64,000 nucleotides of DNA, from positions 1,519 to 65,518 of the forward strand of contig JAHFFT010000008.1 of assembly GCA_023247795.1 (NCBI GenBank), in the 5' to 3' direction. Of this stretch, positions 60,101 through 64,000 are shown in pieces; position 1 is the first letter of the stretch; every line of letters starts with the position of its first letter. This DNA comes from Candidatus Omnitrophota bacterium. GTDB lineage: Bacteria > Omnitrophota > Gorgyraeia > Zapsychrales > JANLHA01. Under the pieces are notes generated by a model. The model had not been told where the DNA came from. It made no database searches and saw only the letters and a list, made by a program, of their open reading frames with translations. Position numbers and translations under genes: made by a program.

Positions 60101-62300
60101 AATCAACCTTGACGGCGTTTTGCGGAATATTTTTGATTGGCAATCGATCGACCGGATCCTGATAATCCATCTTAAGGGCCCGATGCCGCAGACGTGAAGT
60201 GAACGAACTGTCAAAACGATCGACCTGACGGTCGCTGACGACCCCGTAAACTTTAATATTCTTGTTCAATTTCAGGTCGGCATAACCAGGATCGTCGTCG
60301 AACATCCTATGAAACCCGCCGGCCAAATTCGGAGCAGAACCGTTATAATCGATCAAAATAATGGCCTCTTTCGAATCCTTCAAAGTCCTGCGCAAAGGAC
60401 CGTCAACATGTTCATAACTTCCGTCGGGATTGACCCGAATCGCTGATTTCAAACGGTCCAAATCGGTCTTGTTTCTCGGTCTGATGAGTAAAAAATCCCT
60501 CCCCTGCGCTTTCGCGGCTTGTGACAATTCATGAGCAACCGCGTCAGAATTGTCGGCGATGACCAGCCCCTTATTTTCTTTTAAAAGCTCTTCGGTTGTG
60601 ATGTGAAAATCATAGGCCGCGCTGCCACCAGCGGCGATGTTGATGGATTTTTCTGTTTGGGCTAGCTCCAACTCTTCAGGATAAAGTTCTTCAACAGCGG
60701 TCCTTGAAGGAAGCATTCCCTGCCGTCGGGCTTCCACAAAAAGCGGATCAATGTTACGCGAATTGTTATGAAAGGTGTCACGCAGCTGCTCAGCGTAAAC
60801 GAAATTTTCTTGAATCCAGCGGCTCATCTCCTGAGGCTGTTTGCCTAACATTCTGCGCAGCGCCTCCCACTGAGTTATTTCATCCAACTCGTGTAGGCGC
60901 ACCGCCTCATCACTCGCGTAATCCTCGTCGATATAAATGACCGGAATTCCGTAAGTCTGCCCCAACCCGATATGGGCAAATTGCCCAGTCGCCTTGAGCA
61001 ATCCTGGGATCGGGACCAGCCTGCTCTGAACTTGCCCATTTTGGACCAAGGCATATTGACTGATCTTGGCTTTGTCTTGCTTAAGCCCTTCTGGCAGATG
61101 ATCAAAAATATATTTATTCACAACACGGTGCGGGACCAGGGTAACCTCATTGCTGATCAACTTGCCCCTTGCCGTGATTCCAGTCTCGCTCCCGACTTTA
61201 GCAATGATGTCTTTGATATTCATAAGATTCATCCCACCGGAAAAATACTTGCGCGGTAGGGACGAGTCACTGCCAGGAGAGACCTCTTCCTTAATATAGC
61301 TGTAAACTCCTTTTTGAAACGCTTCCAAATACTGCTCATAAATTTTTTGTTTAACTTCTCTATCATCGACAGCAATCCCTTTCACCTTGGCCTTATCGAT
61401 GTAAAGCGACTGCATAATGCTTTGCCGCATGTTCTGCTTATACCAGACAGCCAAAATCAAAGAATGATAAACCTGTCTGAGCTGGGCGAAATTCTGGCCT
61501 TCATTGACCTCTTTTTCAATCACCGGGATGATCAATTCACGGATCACCTGCGAAGACATCTGGTTAACTTCTTGGACATCTCCAGCTGGCAAATCTTTTG
61601 TTTTGAATTCTTCACTGCTCAGGTTCTTTTGCAGCGACAGATAATCTTCATCAAGCATGACCTTGAGGTCACAGCCCACAACGTAGGCGGTGTTGTCCTT
61701 GGTAAAAATCTTGGCGGATTTGGGAACGATCCAGACTTTATTGAAGGTATTGATCGGGATATCGGTGGTGCCAAATTTTTCATAGGCTGTTTTATAAATT
61801 TTCTGCCAGAATTGCCGACCCAATTCCGATTCTGGATAGAGCAATGAGGCTGAAAGCTGTTTGAGCAGATAATCCTGGCCCAAAAGGTCCCGGCCCATTT
61901 CCGTAATGCCAAATTCATTCGGGACAATGCGGTCTTTTTCATAAGGGGACAAATTGACCCAAAGGTCTTTTTCCGGGGTTGTTAAGGCCGCCAAAAAATA
62001 CTTGATCAACTTCTGCGATTCCGCGTTAAGAGGAGCACCTTCCAGCCCGGATTCACCGGTATCGACAATGAAATCGAACCGAAAGGGTTCTGTAGGATAG
62101 ACTTTAATCCCTTTGAGGACCGCTGGGACAAGCCCGTTACTCACGGGAACCATGGTCCCAGGAACCGGCAAGTTCAGGCCAACTTTAGCATAAGTTGTTG
62201 TTGGGCATAGAATTATGGATAGAATCAGTGCCGAAATAATGGCATTATTCCCCAAACGCATAATTCCGCGGTGAGATTTTTTAAGATAAGATTGAAACAT
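42144..62300 (-). CDS. Giant secreted multidomain protein (6718 aa): conserved N-domain, midasin/dynein-like tandem AAA+ region, CobT-like segment, LRR super-repeats, GGID C-domain
   Basis: 20,157-bp uninterrupted ORF; signal-like AIISALILSIILCPTTTYA; GPPASGKS / LIVDEANL / FTGN; GAPGRAKD / ATINS..GRQQLS.ALLNR; NIEDVRYE; many LRR-like motifs (e.g. LSGTGVTDISPL); GGIDLDP. Confidence 0.95.
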   Translation of the reverse strand: MFQSYLKKSHRGIMRLGNNAIISALILSIILCPTTTYAKVGLNLPVPGTMVPVSNGLVPAVLKGIKVYPTEPFRFDFIVDTGESGLEGAPLNAESQKLIKYFLAALTTPEKDLWVNLSPYEKDRIVPNEFGITEMGRDLLGQDYLLKQLSASLLYPESELGRQFWQKIYKTAYEKFGTTDIPINTFNKVWIVPKSAKIFTKDNTAYVVGCDLKVMLDEDYLSLQKNLSSEEFKTKDLPAGDVQEVNQMSSQVIRELIIPVIEKEVNEGQNFAQLRQVYHSLILAVWYKQNMRQSIMQSLYIDKAKVKGIAVDDREVKQKIYEQYLEAFQKGVYSYIKEEVSPGSDSSLPRKYFSGGMNLMNIKDIIAKVGSETGITARGKLISNEVTLVPHRVVNKYIFDHLPEGLKQDKAKISQYALVQNGQVQSRLVPIPGLLKATGQFAHIGLGQTYGIPVIYIDEDYASDEAVRLHELDEITQWEALRRMLGKQPQEMSRWIQENFVYAEQLRDTFHNNSRNIDPLFVEARRQGMLPSRTAVEELYPEELELAQTEKSINIAAGGSAAYDFHITTEELLKENKGLVIADNSDAVAHELSQAAKAQGRDFLLIRPRNKTDLDRLKSAIRVNPDGSYEHVDGPLRRTLKDSKEAIILIDYNGSAPNLAGGFHRMFDDDPGYADLKLNKNIKVYGVVSDRQVDRFDSSFTSRLRHRALKMDYQDPVDRLPIKNIPQNAVKVDLNETPFARELLLGTYDIGPNGEILVIPGQLNNAKKDTAIVLRGGDFKDPSFRDLIRQFIENPAQEFNMETIVIPDGVKIYREDVDFSKGVSQKKLVAWKEMPDEGDQVWIINKQTQDFLFKRNHIDNVREENQLTRQAGILDLLKTPKQLKNQRVRLAVTSHLDDWVWHAIMHTDGNIIIEVAPWVPVPKAYLKLRSKALKTQSNERKLSEWEDVKEKKSILVESKDLEFALRTIESSYDPDEFVVYPVTAETTVNQLFEFPDFSSTEGKRKYTSSSQEIYEKLLQGKTVVLVGTEHNKVLCQGLESALQEDPYIMVNGMRVDLPGRLIVLQKPLAQESSTAVNQVSMNPNDALMEMMLQDDEEIKASFNRGDYQKIIKLRDMFNQLDGINREEVNFNLYRLRLLFKYVGLGYTWLEAFEQVVISKFAEDQELVSYMRVMVRLIFDVEEREFTLDGDKKRNEKSLHGKRLKRILQKTVYPVRWDRYFWEFVDTLSLDLLNQIQAKLGTDFRAPKFDAQNPDEIEQFLRGFKKMLGTDSQMATGAAVHKMIRTALIKHFDDRNDTEHADFYRKKFALYAATDEWEQEVIGATVVPSIDFETNAGEDTWEYRERMAGAALFINNAVMFQGPPASGKSHLAQILAAKNYQPNEIFRLTVGNDAKEEHVISRRVYQQDEKNNESNPIVDEAIAKWAKSEKGILIVDEANLTEPYFWNFLRGFFSKNPHMYLDGRYQDLKDKKIIFTGNQDSLVGRKLQELIDEYMVTIFFKPFKRSDIERIMREQEYLPEKTFWKDQLETLILDLHFLFNRMNPNLGFALREVQDLAQRVNFLYPNGWTENEVIDLAWQIYGGSFNREEREALHHILAQKYGVEMLTKQEGAMIEKVMRQTGEVLKIDDSDKPLIMTDSTALMIHDEMTMLDLREVRIDAVSNNQKVLQGKMGMITDGAPGRAKDVALIKALRLKGYQEVQYSNTPINLADINQKRFYVINAQPDNADYLVKVIERARQEGAVVIIREMNLLPTDFLEGKLNEVTREAGAGFLVFATINSMDFSGRQQLSTALLNRIVYRRVYDYTQKELKVLAERWVNYSISETKDRPVMLEACNYVIQTYVWLRANIADVKHRPTFRELDYIMASLLEQYKNLGSAEFARQSNSLTESLIAHTYGPLYIAKFLKIPLAPKRERTRFQEKEYNDTEFLERLAGFFIPTALGQPKFAIIANKPDHPGGEFLVSEDEDGEVSSQIAMYANMFGDPYFTEKFMYETMRGLLHRDVQPWAPYQAGLEVVPLLKNIEDVRYEEALRHYLPRTNLGKPSAAEKEFAAMVYNRNTKQLKEWMTRPHDSLNHRRIFQLCLLVFSRGLLEGLDDEHGEPMSVKDLFLIFAKDLEFKDGGAHIYGEESNPIRLAIDHFETMTELKLTFPRGSFEGELDEEEIQFQTYRAENLIREIQETMLMIEGDRVPDPPKLPISPEREQQERDRAMANLEVSLESGHENPTFTEEETPITRDPDLTPEKREQMKTEIRQEEEWVRKADMEYLIDQLEEMWAYLMSRDTRVTKKDLMIMEHRLKDQLAYRSLVPLINKFCRVNEDRVTENVEKAFVQSWVKALSMRLAMVRFALAQDPQTVKEIRKQLRKERRTELKQMTPDEKKADFREKANERQRRRRKLIKLEKKVENREPLTEEDLEFLHNLPAGLRFKKGFGNNGEDAESEKIKPPQTPYHNVYQFNPDPVKANPQIVKPKSPVIVTKKVSYRRGQQESSQRDPKMQQLSHNIVRELQAILESSYVDRRPQQSDEFGADGRPSLERLLQGFPFAQCFIKSAPQSQEIKKTIVIFGEIEKYKNSPICKEFIYLLQEFGFSIEFVEGAAQSKEEIEKNLSDANPDKTYEAVDIVELQKQVASAYTAAAFKETARESEEKKQAQAPVEVREEEAIPTPAVTAAETSVEQKSVEGELDLNQQLDLLERFDEQHKDKSGESIFDIFEYGRVFQPVGYSIFLKIKVTTDNHLKAFNKLDLAKLTMVTEVELEGEGLVGLFELFKLENLTEFTFKPIVQLDPGIKRGLIRFLFRHLNHEDLKIILPSGEELIFSELLHYEEFHDMIKDAVNEDFEKVKKIISRMTELPAGTIVPRLTDNGNSIAITVNSFTGPLPDLSAICRVNYVKTIVFSEISRFTDLANFQKLSGSKKSMQLDFDYDKNLQDISFLSEFDLKDFSSINLSGTGVTDISPLFGKAWVAVLDLNQVSGISEKQVYQFYIRHPDQAMRVLNQVLNLSFGSSEFSSFLNTYRDKISQQLEDDRLEVNMALEQNHLGGIALTAVSLNENEAFVDVYFGSLPVDDPNIKNFIKGLRPAVAASLRLEFETITELREFTDYRECLKAIEREAGLGTVKEESAKKSVSPLVTWDFSTREGQLAYLQSFITKHKNDFPDAMVARVSNEEGIYLATTVTPQNLALFRDLEFEKLTLLTHVKIGCDNFQDVVDRFLKLENLTKVGLRTANPLDESAEKAVVNLLVNHNNHEALGIVLNGGQEIKHEGLSKLDGPFQHVLPTWVDDEIVKAIDQQFKIAQEELDKISGFPRGAIKVEHDLKGIKIQVDLEKGSLPDLTPLYRLSYVSAIDIRYPSKLDLTELAKLNAHKGGVRLYFGKDPDFNDISILENLNLNDASVDILGTGVTNITPLFGHPIKALRINSDVPVKQVWQLWTRYPAFHRPIIVITEAIIGTSKSRHIMKEEMSTYYEEHKKEIEEEFQQDTQAVKWYFKGKKDGGGMKNVENVRIFASPSEGYVDVAFQSGSPLAEQEIKGFINGLNPTDAPSLRITMPDGTVFTDYRECLKAIEQGAATGPVAEQRSETEEPVAPVEPPISEVAGAELPIIKQFEILMEFREKFRKDFEYFTPDLIATSPEDGYLRLRVKVTSKNIDIFRQLDFAKLTLLKEVEIAFDDLDAVYALVKLDNLTKLTLISNNPIDEKAVAKFLINHNNHERLRIDLPGSFTYTFLGLKLHSDQRYPSQEWVHEQIEEAVNHQLKIAQRELAKIPGLPDGSVRLQVNKEMIQINVELTEGRLPDLSAIYRLGYFGILNVEYPSRLDLSEISKWNVHRGNKTLLLSNDPQLTDISFLERVDLDQATISLSGTGVTNIAPLFGCPIQELFIDSQVSAKQVLQLWTRYPDIGRSQFNLMFSFVDKFILHISFPNQEIKIADEESMAKYTKQHSQEIAKGMRLDAAELDLLLISIIDEGNTPSARGINVRSDKDGFVDMTLPKIKPLTNQEITRIIRLLPPSIAASLRIIMPDGRVFADYRECLKALAQEEVTTQVSAPNQKPELSVEEQKNQLFELFSGILNGFGSDRVVDFQDDTFPKGAGIVLSLMHLKGVGDIFHPSSKASQAIRSTSFHNVGIVELDNTDVEYLDGLLNFKNLKLLSLKNLLPGAVSVDQIKAFLRVHSNRKNLRILMPDDKQLTLADLEREGQVVEAQVEVQMPAEEKISATGPEGIAQFNILSDFSKEHGSEFALFVPSLKHISTGEPYFSLQVDVTEENYDTFATFAQNEFAKLSLLTEVDIKIKVEQADRLDPLLSLENLTRLKLRQEMPNEFLVNLLMRHKNREKLEIELSDGRKIWWPVATSSKNQAAQQTETSAKRAQPSEEESTNNFLQRERLAVYLAGRIIGFDPHRVALWNGSYLVLDLHGLSNYDLHQIEDRAFSDYPALEAVDLSEAEPMDLNFLYSARNLKEISFKGLKKTSSSIGEEDIKKFLARHPNRWFLKVVMPDESELDFKSLDQKSKAGVCKEAERNIVARLRNQGMVELADFSVHETEGSVVLVLKRIPSAADLSVLNDIIPLDKIKINFDASSERGKLALRQIGKNKNIRNVQFDSKANPNSLDLQQIVEDFPNLYVLGLPKTANDLSPCLQLKYLRQLLLYRGEALSLQGMDDFYRQRPDMKLCLLPSSWNSGLVDYKDYQDFIAKNEGQLSELAGTQDELPLGKALDSSPAEEISSQKQRLADYLASVIPGFDKGNVAPLPRIDRSQSLAVDLFDQPVAVLRQIESNAFVDFPDLEWVGLATANVDPTVLATFYSAHNLRVISFKGSLPSRASLKNIKYFLAHHPNRQFLQIFLPDGSELNFGSLEEDYKTEAVKEAKKDIVDKLKGQGMQEGTDFSVDETDEGSVVLVLKSPPSNKDLTGSLTGVSLRASLSVLQDVLRLDEVKINFDASTERGKRALSSLGLNRNIRDIQIDDASNPNPLDLNQIVEFFPNLYDLVLHKAANDLSPCLRLKYLKSLSVYLGQGLSLEDIAQFYQQRPNLQLTFFLPSGDEFTMESYDRFMAEYGDRIKPEEASNLNPESAEQAVNDNNPQKYYLIGLLAAAIGGFDSYRIRFREDVGEGNKELLLDLSGMSARDLGKIKRRALINSPALTKVDLSASALNDLDFLYGAYNLTAVDLSNLLPGSVTEEDIRRFLAHHPNRMMLKVKMPDGREWKLANLDPSFVEEVRQEAMQNIRQKLTEGSSLVFDQNFSITAESGLGGYVILKIKKPPVTTDGSANVDLGVLSDDLRLDQVIVEFSSVDAKDYQSLRALATNKNVGFLTFSAPVLTGDFSFLEDFDAIISLDLAKSGIRDLSPILRCANLRTLTLPWDGSLTIEQINEFYQQRPNLNINLRDETDHSGFKYFYGSYESFLKANQNQLSGQKSPAKVEEKSQPSTVSAAGLEETQPTNWLETIDDQADYLFDSGLVTPTAIHFDDDNRPYIAAEFKITPENYKKFSELPFERLTFLKRIDMGTSTFSKDGDFRPLLGARHLRYLDLSRMNTVDNSRDFATSDLLLWHVNQDNLIIVPAAGMEFGIEGIVDSAVDKVIAFQSITAKEILKELGLRPDQADVHIQPGKKSGKKELPYLALVLKNVTTIPDLSKLNHLSFLKQVILRNASLIVDYGHLRDLNEFQQLKILTVDDPQATELPCLQGVDVFELELNTPKLQSLYHLNGNVIRILDLQNTNVPSHQILHLCRAHPLRKDFTLQPPRKKWVLKGVDEIEKFFEREIQVVIDLQSALKHYVENLGRLYSIPSGDVKGTLTHVAGSIVVDFSKIPSTKTLTLTNALKALVDHPYPEVFQLKTFDSGGVVTDVRERIDAMKREEQELSPALLSPAPQDEQARALQRLADMNAQMESFTKQAAAVRAFFGPDQMIKGFMELSQPFQTIGLHFDGQVPSLQPLSQIPDLKKMFMIWDEENLKELRHVPQLRELTIYGLEAGGLEFLSPLQELRHLVFTSDEQIDLELLNDLKKLQVVKITSAYCTIEQVKQLLETHPNGEHMIVILNGLMYTRGGQMPNFPSSGKNTLYGQVAKVGYFMGANFSKEKFMSINVPAIEQTKRIDLDLQHDKNGQAIKHSLTNMDKLKGLPNLYSLKVNASIFSTGQLGFEDLVSLRHFELKGNGTLTLKTIPPMENIIYLNLEFDAVDGNLNSLNSMPNLTYLGIHLEDSMSGRDDLYRFMAQHPNGRNMVVFVNDKFTVTYDDVPDEYKKTGEEELSAEVKPFSSELPELKELSLPEQIALAKEILQRSHMPLTDETLSTFKDTDGTTVIKLDLTKSKPSGESLYLKDLHKLRNLASVALPTMVGNYLRLVIHTCEWPRLKELILTEDQTVGWDFGFVAYLIIAIHPRGKELTIKNGNKAAITYEDVSKQVIGEIGSGFSLDHQLSFLKHIGIVHNVSNHFIRGPDDTFSLDLSQVNPKDLRIEFLRQIKRIKTLRLPFMKFNDRLISILEALPNLQVIEMTSGELIPEMRQSIAELFKRIDRADLELRIDGQKPLTRADMTPEFLGVAAAPVVIQQEEAAEPIEVNAFLVNLLNSLVDVELTLQQVREQFKDEGEEKIFHRVLMGLMDARGIDARVQAGAGKMYNKMLRNDAFFLSKTESEPMNLNTSVEIIPSVMLHPGWQNSPEAQIPGGIDLDPSLIQMQVEGEGIDLQVTDSAEGLSQIPIEGFTPVITHTVPITNLPLFLGISPQPVTPEEVALHQ

Positions 62301-62326
62301 AAAGAGTTATCTATGGTTTAAAGTAA

Positions 62327-62354
62327 AGTATACACTATTCTTTGCAATTATCAA
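62327..62354 (-). promoter_or_regulatory. Putative promoter for the 6718-aa gene
   Basis: TTGATA-16nt-TATACT, 26 nt upstream of ATG. Confidence 0.45.
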
Positions 62355-62361
62355 CATAGGG

Positions 62362-62460
62362 GGGGACAGTCCCCTGTGCAAAACCTGTTAAAAACACAAA
62401 TTCATACAAAATAACAAGTTAACCGATTTATCCACAAGATATAAACAGGGGACTGTCCCC
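62362..62460. mobile_element. 99-bp MITE/REPIN-like element with 16-bp terminal inverted repeats
   Basis: GGGGACAGTCCCCTGT ... ACAGGGGACTGTCCCC; shares 27 identical bp at the left end and 19 at the right end with 41935-42146. Confidence 0.75.
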
Positions 62461-64000
62461 TAAAAGAAGGCTTCAATTCGGTCGACTTTGTGACTGCGGA
62501 TGTCTTCAGCGTGGCGGGAAGGGATCACCGATCCCTCAATTTTGACAGGCTGTCTGCGGTTGGTATAGGTAAGCTCAATCCTTTGAATTGTTGCTTTATT
62601 CGGCCCAAACGTATTCTTACCAGAAGGGTTATGATAAACAGTTAAAACTGAACCCAAAAAATTAAAGGCGTAGGAACGTTTTGGTAACGTCAAATTCTGC
62701 CATCCCTTGTCCTTGTGGCGATAGCGGATAATTTCTTCCTTCACCGTAAATAGGCTGCTATCCAAGGCCGGCTTCAATTCCAAAGCAAGCTTTCCTTTTT
62801 GATCGATGAAAAATGGCTGTAGACCGACATTCATCAAGATCCAAATGTGCATGAACTCCGCCGTACTCCCGGAAAGACGGGCAACAAATCCCTGGCCATG
62901 CAGTTTTTCATCCTCGTGGGCACTGCTGACGATGAACGAAGAATTTTCCAAAATACTGCGGCCATAGGTCTGCGGATCCGAAAATGGAACCAGACAATCA
63001 CGGAACGTCTCATAAAATTCTGGATAAAGCCCAGAGCGCAACAACTCCAACAAGTACTTGTATTCCATATGCAACCAGATGGATTCATTCTCCAGCCACC
63101 CTCGTGGAAAATTGCGGGAGCGGCCGATTTCTTCGGACTGTTTAGAAACGTCAGCATTGACTTTATACATCCGCAATTTCTGATCAAACAACAGACTCTT
63201 TTTGATTCTTTGATACAACACCCGCTTCTGTTCTTGATCGTCTATCACCTTGAATGCGTGCACAAACCCCTCGAGAAAATAAGGAAGCCGGTGGGTCTTA
63301 AATTCCTGCGGCCAAACGTGAACAGGTTTTTCCTGGACCGGGTCCAAACACTTGTGTTTCGTGACCTCCTGATAAACATACGTCGGGAATAACCCCTTAT
63401 CATCCTCAACACTCTTAACCCCGGCATTGGTCTTGGTCACCACCCATTGCAAAAATTCAATGATCTCATTCATCGTTAAAGGCTGCTCGGCCCCATCAAT
63501 CCCCTTACGGACCTGCTCCCGGTACTTTTCTTTTACGTCGCTGGCCTGGCTCCAATAAGGAAACGGTTCCCGCTCTTCAATCAATATTTTGGTCAACGCT
63601 TTGATAAAGACCGCCAATTCGGAGAAAACCAAGACCTCTCGATTTTGGATCGGCAGTTTCGCGAAGCTCTGCAAAAGAAATTGGCAAATGCGCTGCAATT
63701 CCAATGACTCACAGATCGAGGCCCCCAACAATCCAGGCAGCCCGTTGAGCGAATCACACCATCCTGGTTTATCCGCTTCCATCTCGATCCCAACCCCGCT
63801 CGGATCAAAACTAGCCGCTTTATTCGCGATCAAACACAGCAGCTTAGTCATCAAGGTTGTTTCATAAACTTCGCCTTCTCCTAGCCTGGTCCGCAGCTTG
63901 CTTCCCCTTTCCTCAGCGAGAATCTCCTTACGTCCATCTTTCACCGAATGGTATTGACGCACCCCCTTCGGCGTCAATTGATAACGCTGCTCGCGCGGCA
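62460..64000 (-). CDS. C-terminal part of a large glycoside phosphorylase-like protein (GH94 superfamily, probably GH161-type); 5' end outside the window
   Basis: GIEMEADKPGWCDSLNGLPGLLG, GWLENESIWLHMEYKYLLELL, YGRSILENSSFI, GFVARLSGSTAEF; frame open to the window edge. Confidence 0.65.
   Translation of the reverse strand, partial: PREQRYQLTPKGVRQYHSVKDGRKEILAEERGSKLRTRLGEGEVYETTLMTKLLCLIANKAASFDPSGVGIEMEADKPGWCDSLNGLPGLLGASICESLELQRICQFLLQSFAKLPIQNREVLVFSELAVFIKALTKILIEEREPFPYWSQASDVKEKYREQVRKGIDGAEQPLTMNEIIEFLQWVVTKTNAGVKSVEDDKGLFPTYVYQEVTKHKCLDPVQEKPVHVWPQEFKTHRLPYFLEGFVHAFKVIDDQEQKRVLYQRIKKSLLFDQKLRMYKVNADVSKQSEEIGRSRNFPRGWLENESIWLHMEYKYLLELLRSGLYPEFYETFRDCLVPFSDPQTYGRSILENSSFIVSSAHEDEKLHGQGFVARLSGSTAEFMHIWILMNVGLQPFFIDQKGKLALELKPALDSSLFTVKEEIIRYRHKDKGWQNLTLPKRSYAFNFLGSVLTVYHNPSGKNTFGPNKATIQRIELTYTNRRQPVKIEGSVIPSRHAEDIRSHKVDRIEAFF

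Noticed and set aside
1578-63867. Numerous 60-260-aa ORFs antisense or out of frame to the called genes, and 5' over-extensions of aroE, msbA, lpxB, DUF58, ahcY and the oxidoreductase
   Set aside because: They overlap well-supported genes, lack motifs or RBS, and are expected shadow ORFs.

Overview
Bacterial chromosomal window, almost all on the minus strand, most consistent with a Candidatus Omnitrophota (OP3)-type genome. That assignment is inferred from the giant-gene architecture and gene content, not proven. The left half (1-32 kb) is mostly housekeeping: pilD, aroE, leuA, ilvC, pfkA, ahcY, metK, a PTS/yvcK cluster, three tRNAs, frr-pyrH-tsf-rpsB, a lipid A module (msbA, Gfo/Idh/MocA oxidoreductase, lpxB) and a complete moxR-DUF58-batABCDE operon ending in a 22-Cys secreted protein. 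The right half holds two tandem giant genes (6718 aa and about 3171 aa). They share a signal peptide, a highly conserved ~320-aa N-terminal domain and a conserved ~60-aa C-terminal 'GGID' domain, but their internal cargo is unrelated. One carries a midasin/dynein-like tandem AAA+ region, a CobT-like segment and LRR super-repeats. The other carries three GHKL/HATPase-like modules, propeller-like repeats and an HExxH zincin motif. This is the best candidate for an undescribed system: a MARTX-like modular cargo-delivery family. Each giant gene is bounded by GGGGAC(A/T)GTCCCC palindromic elements, which overlap the TAG stop codon of three consecutive genes. Other small structured elements include a covarying ~130-140-bp repeat pair around an AT-rich islet, an in-frame palindromic insertion in batE, and inverted heptamer arrays with and without a four-helix-bundle gene.
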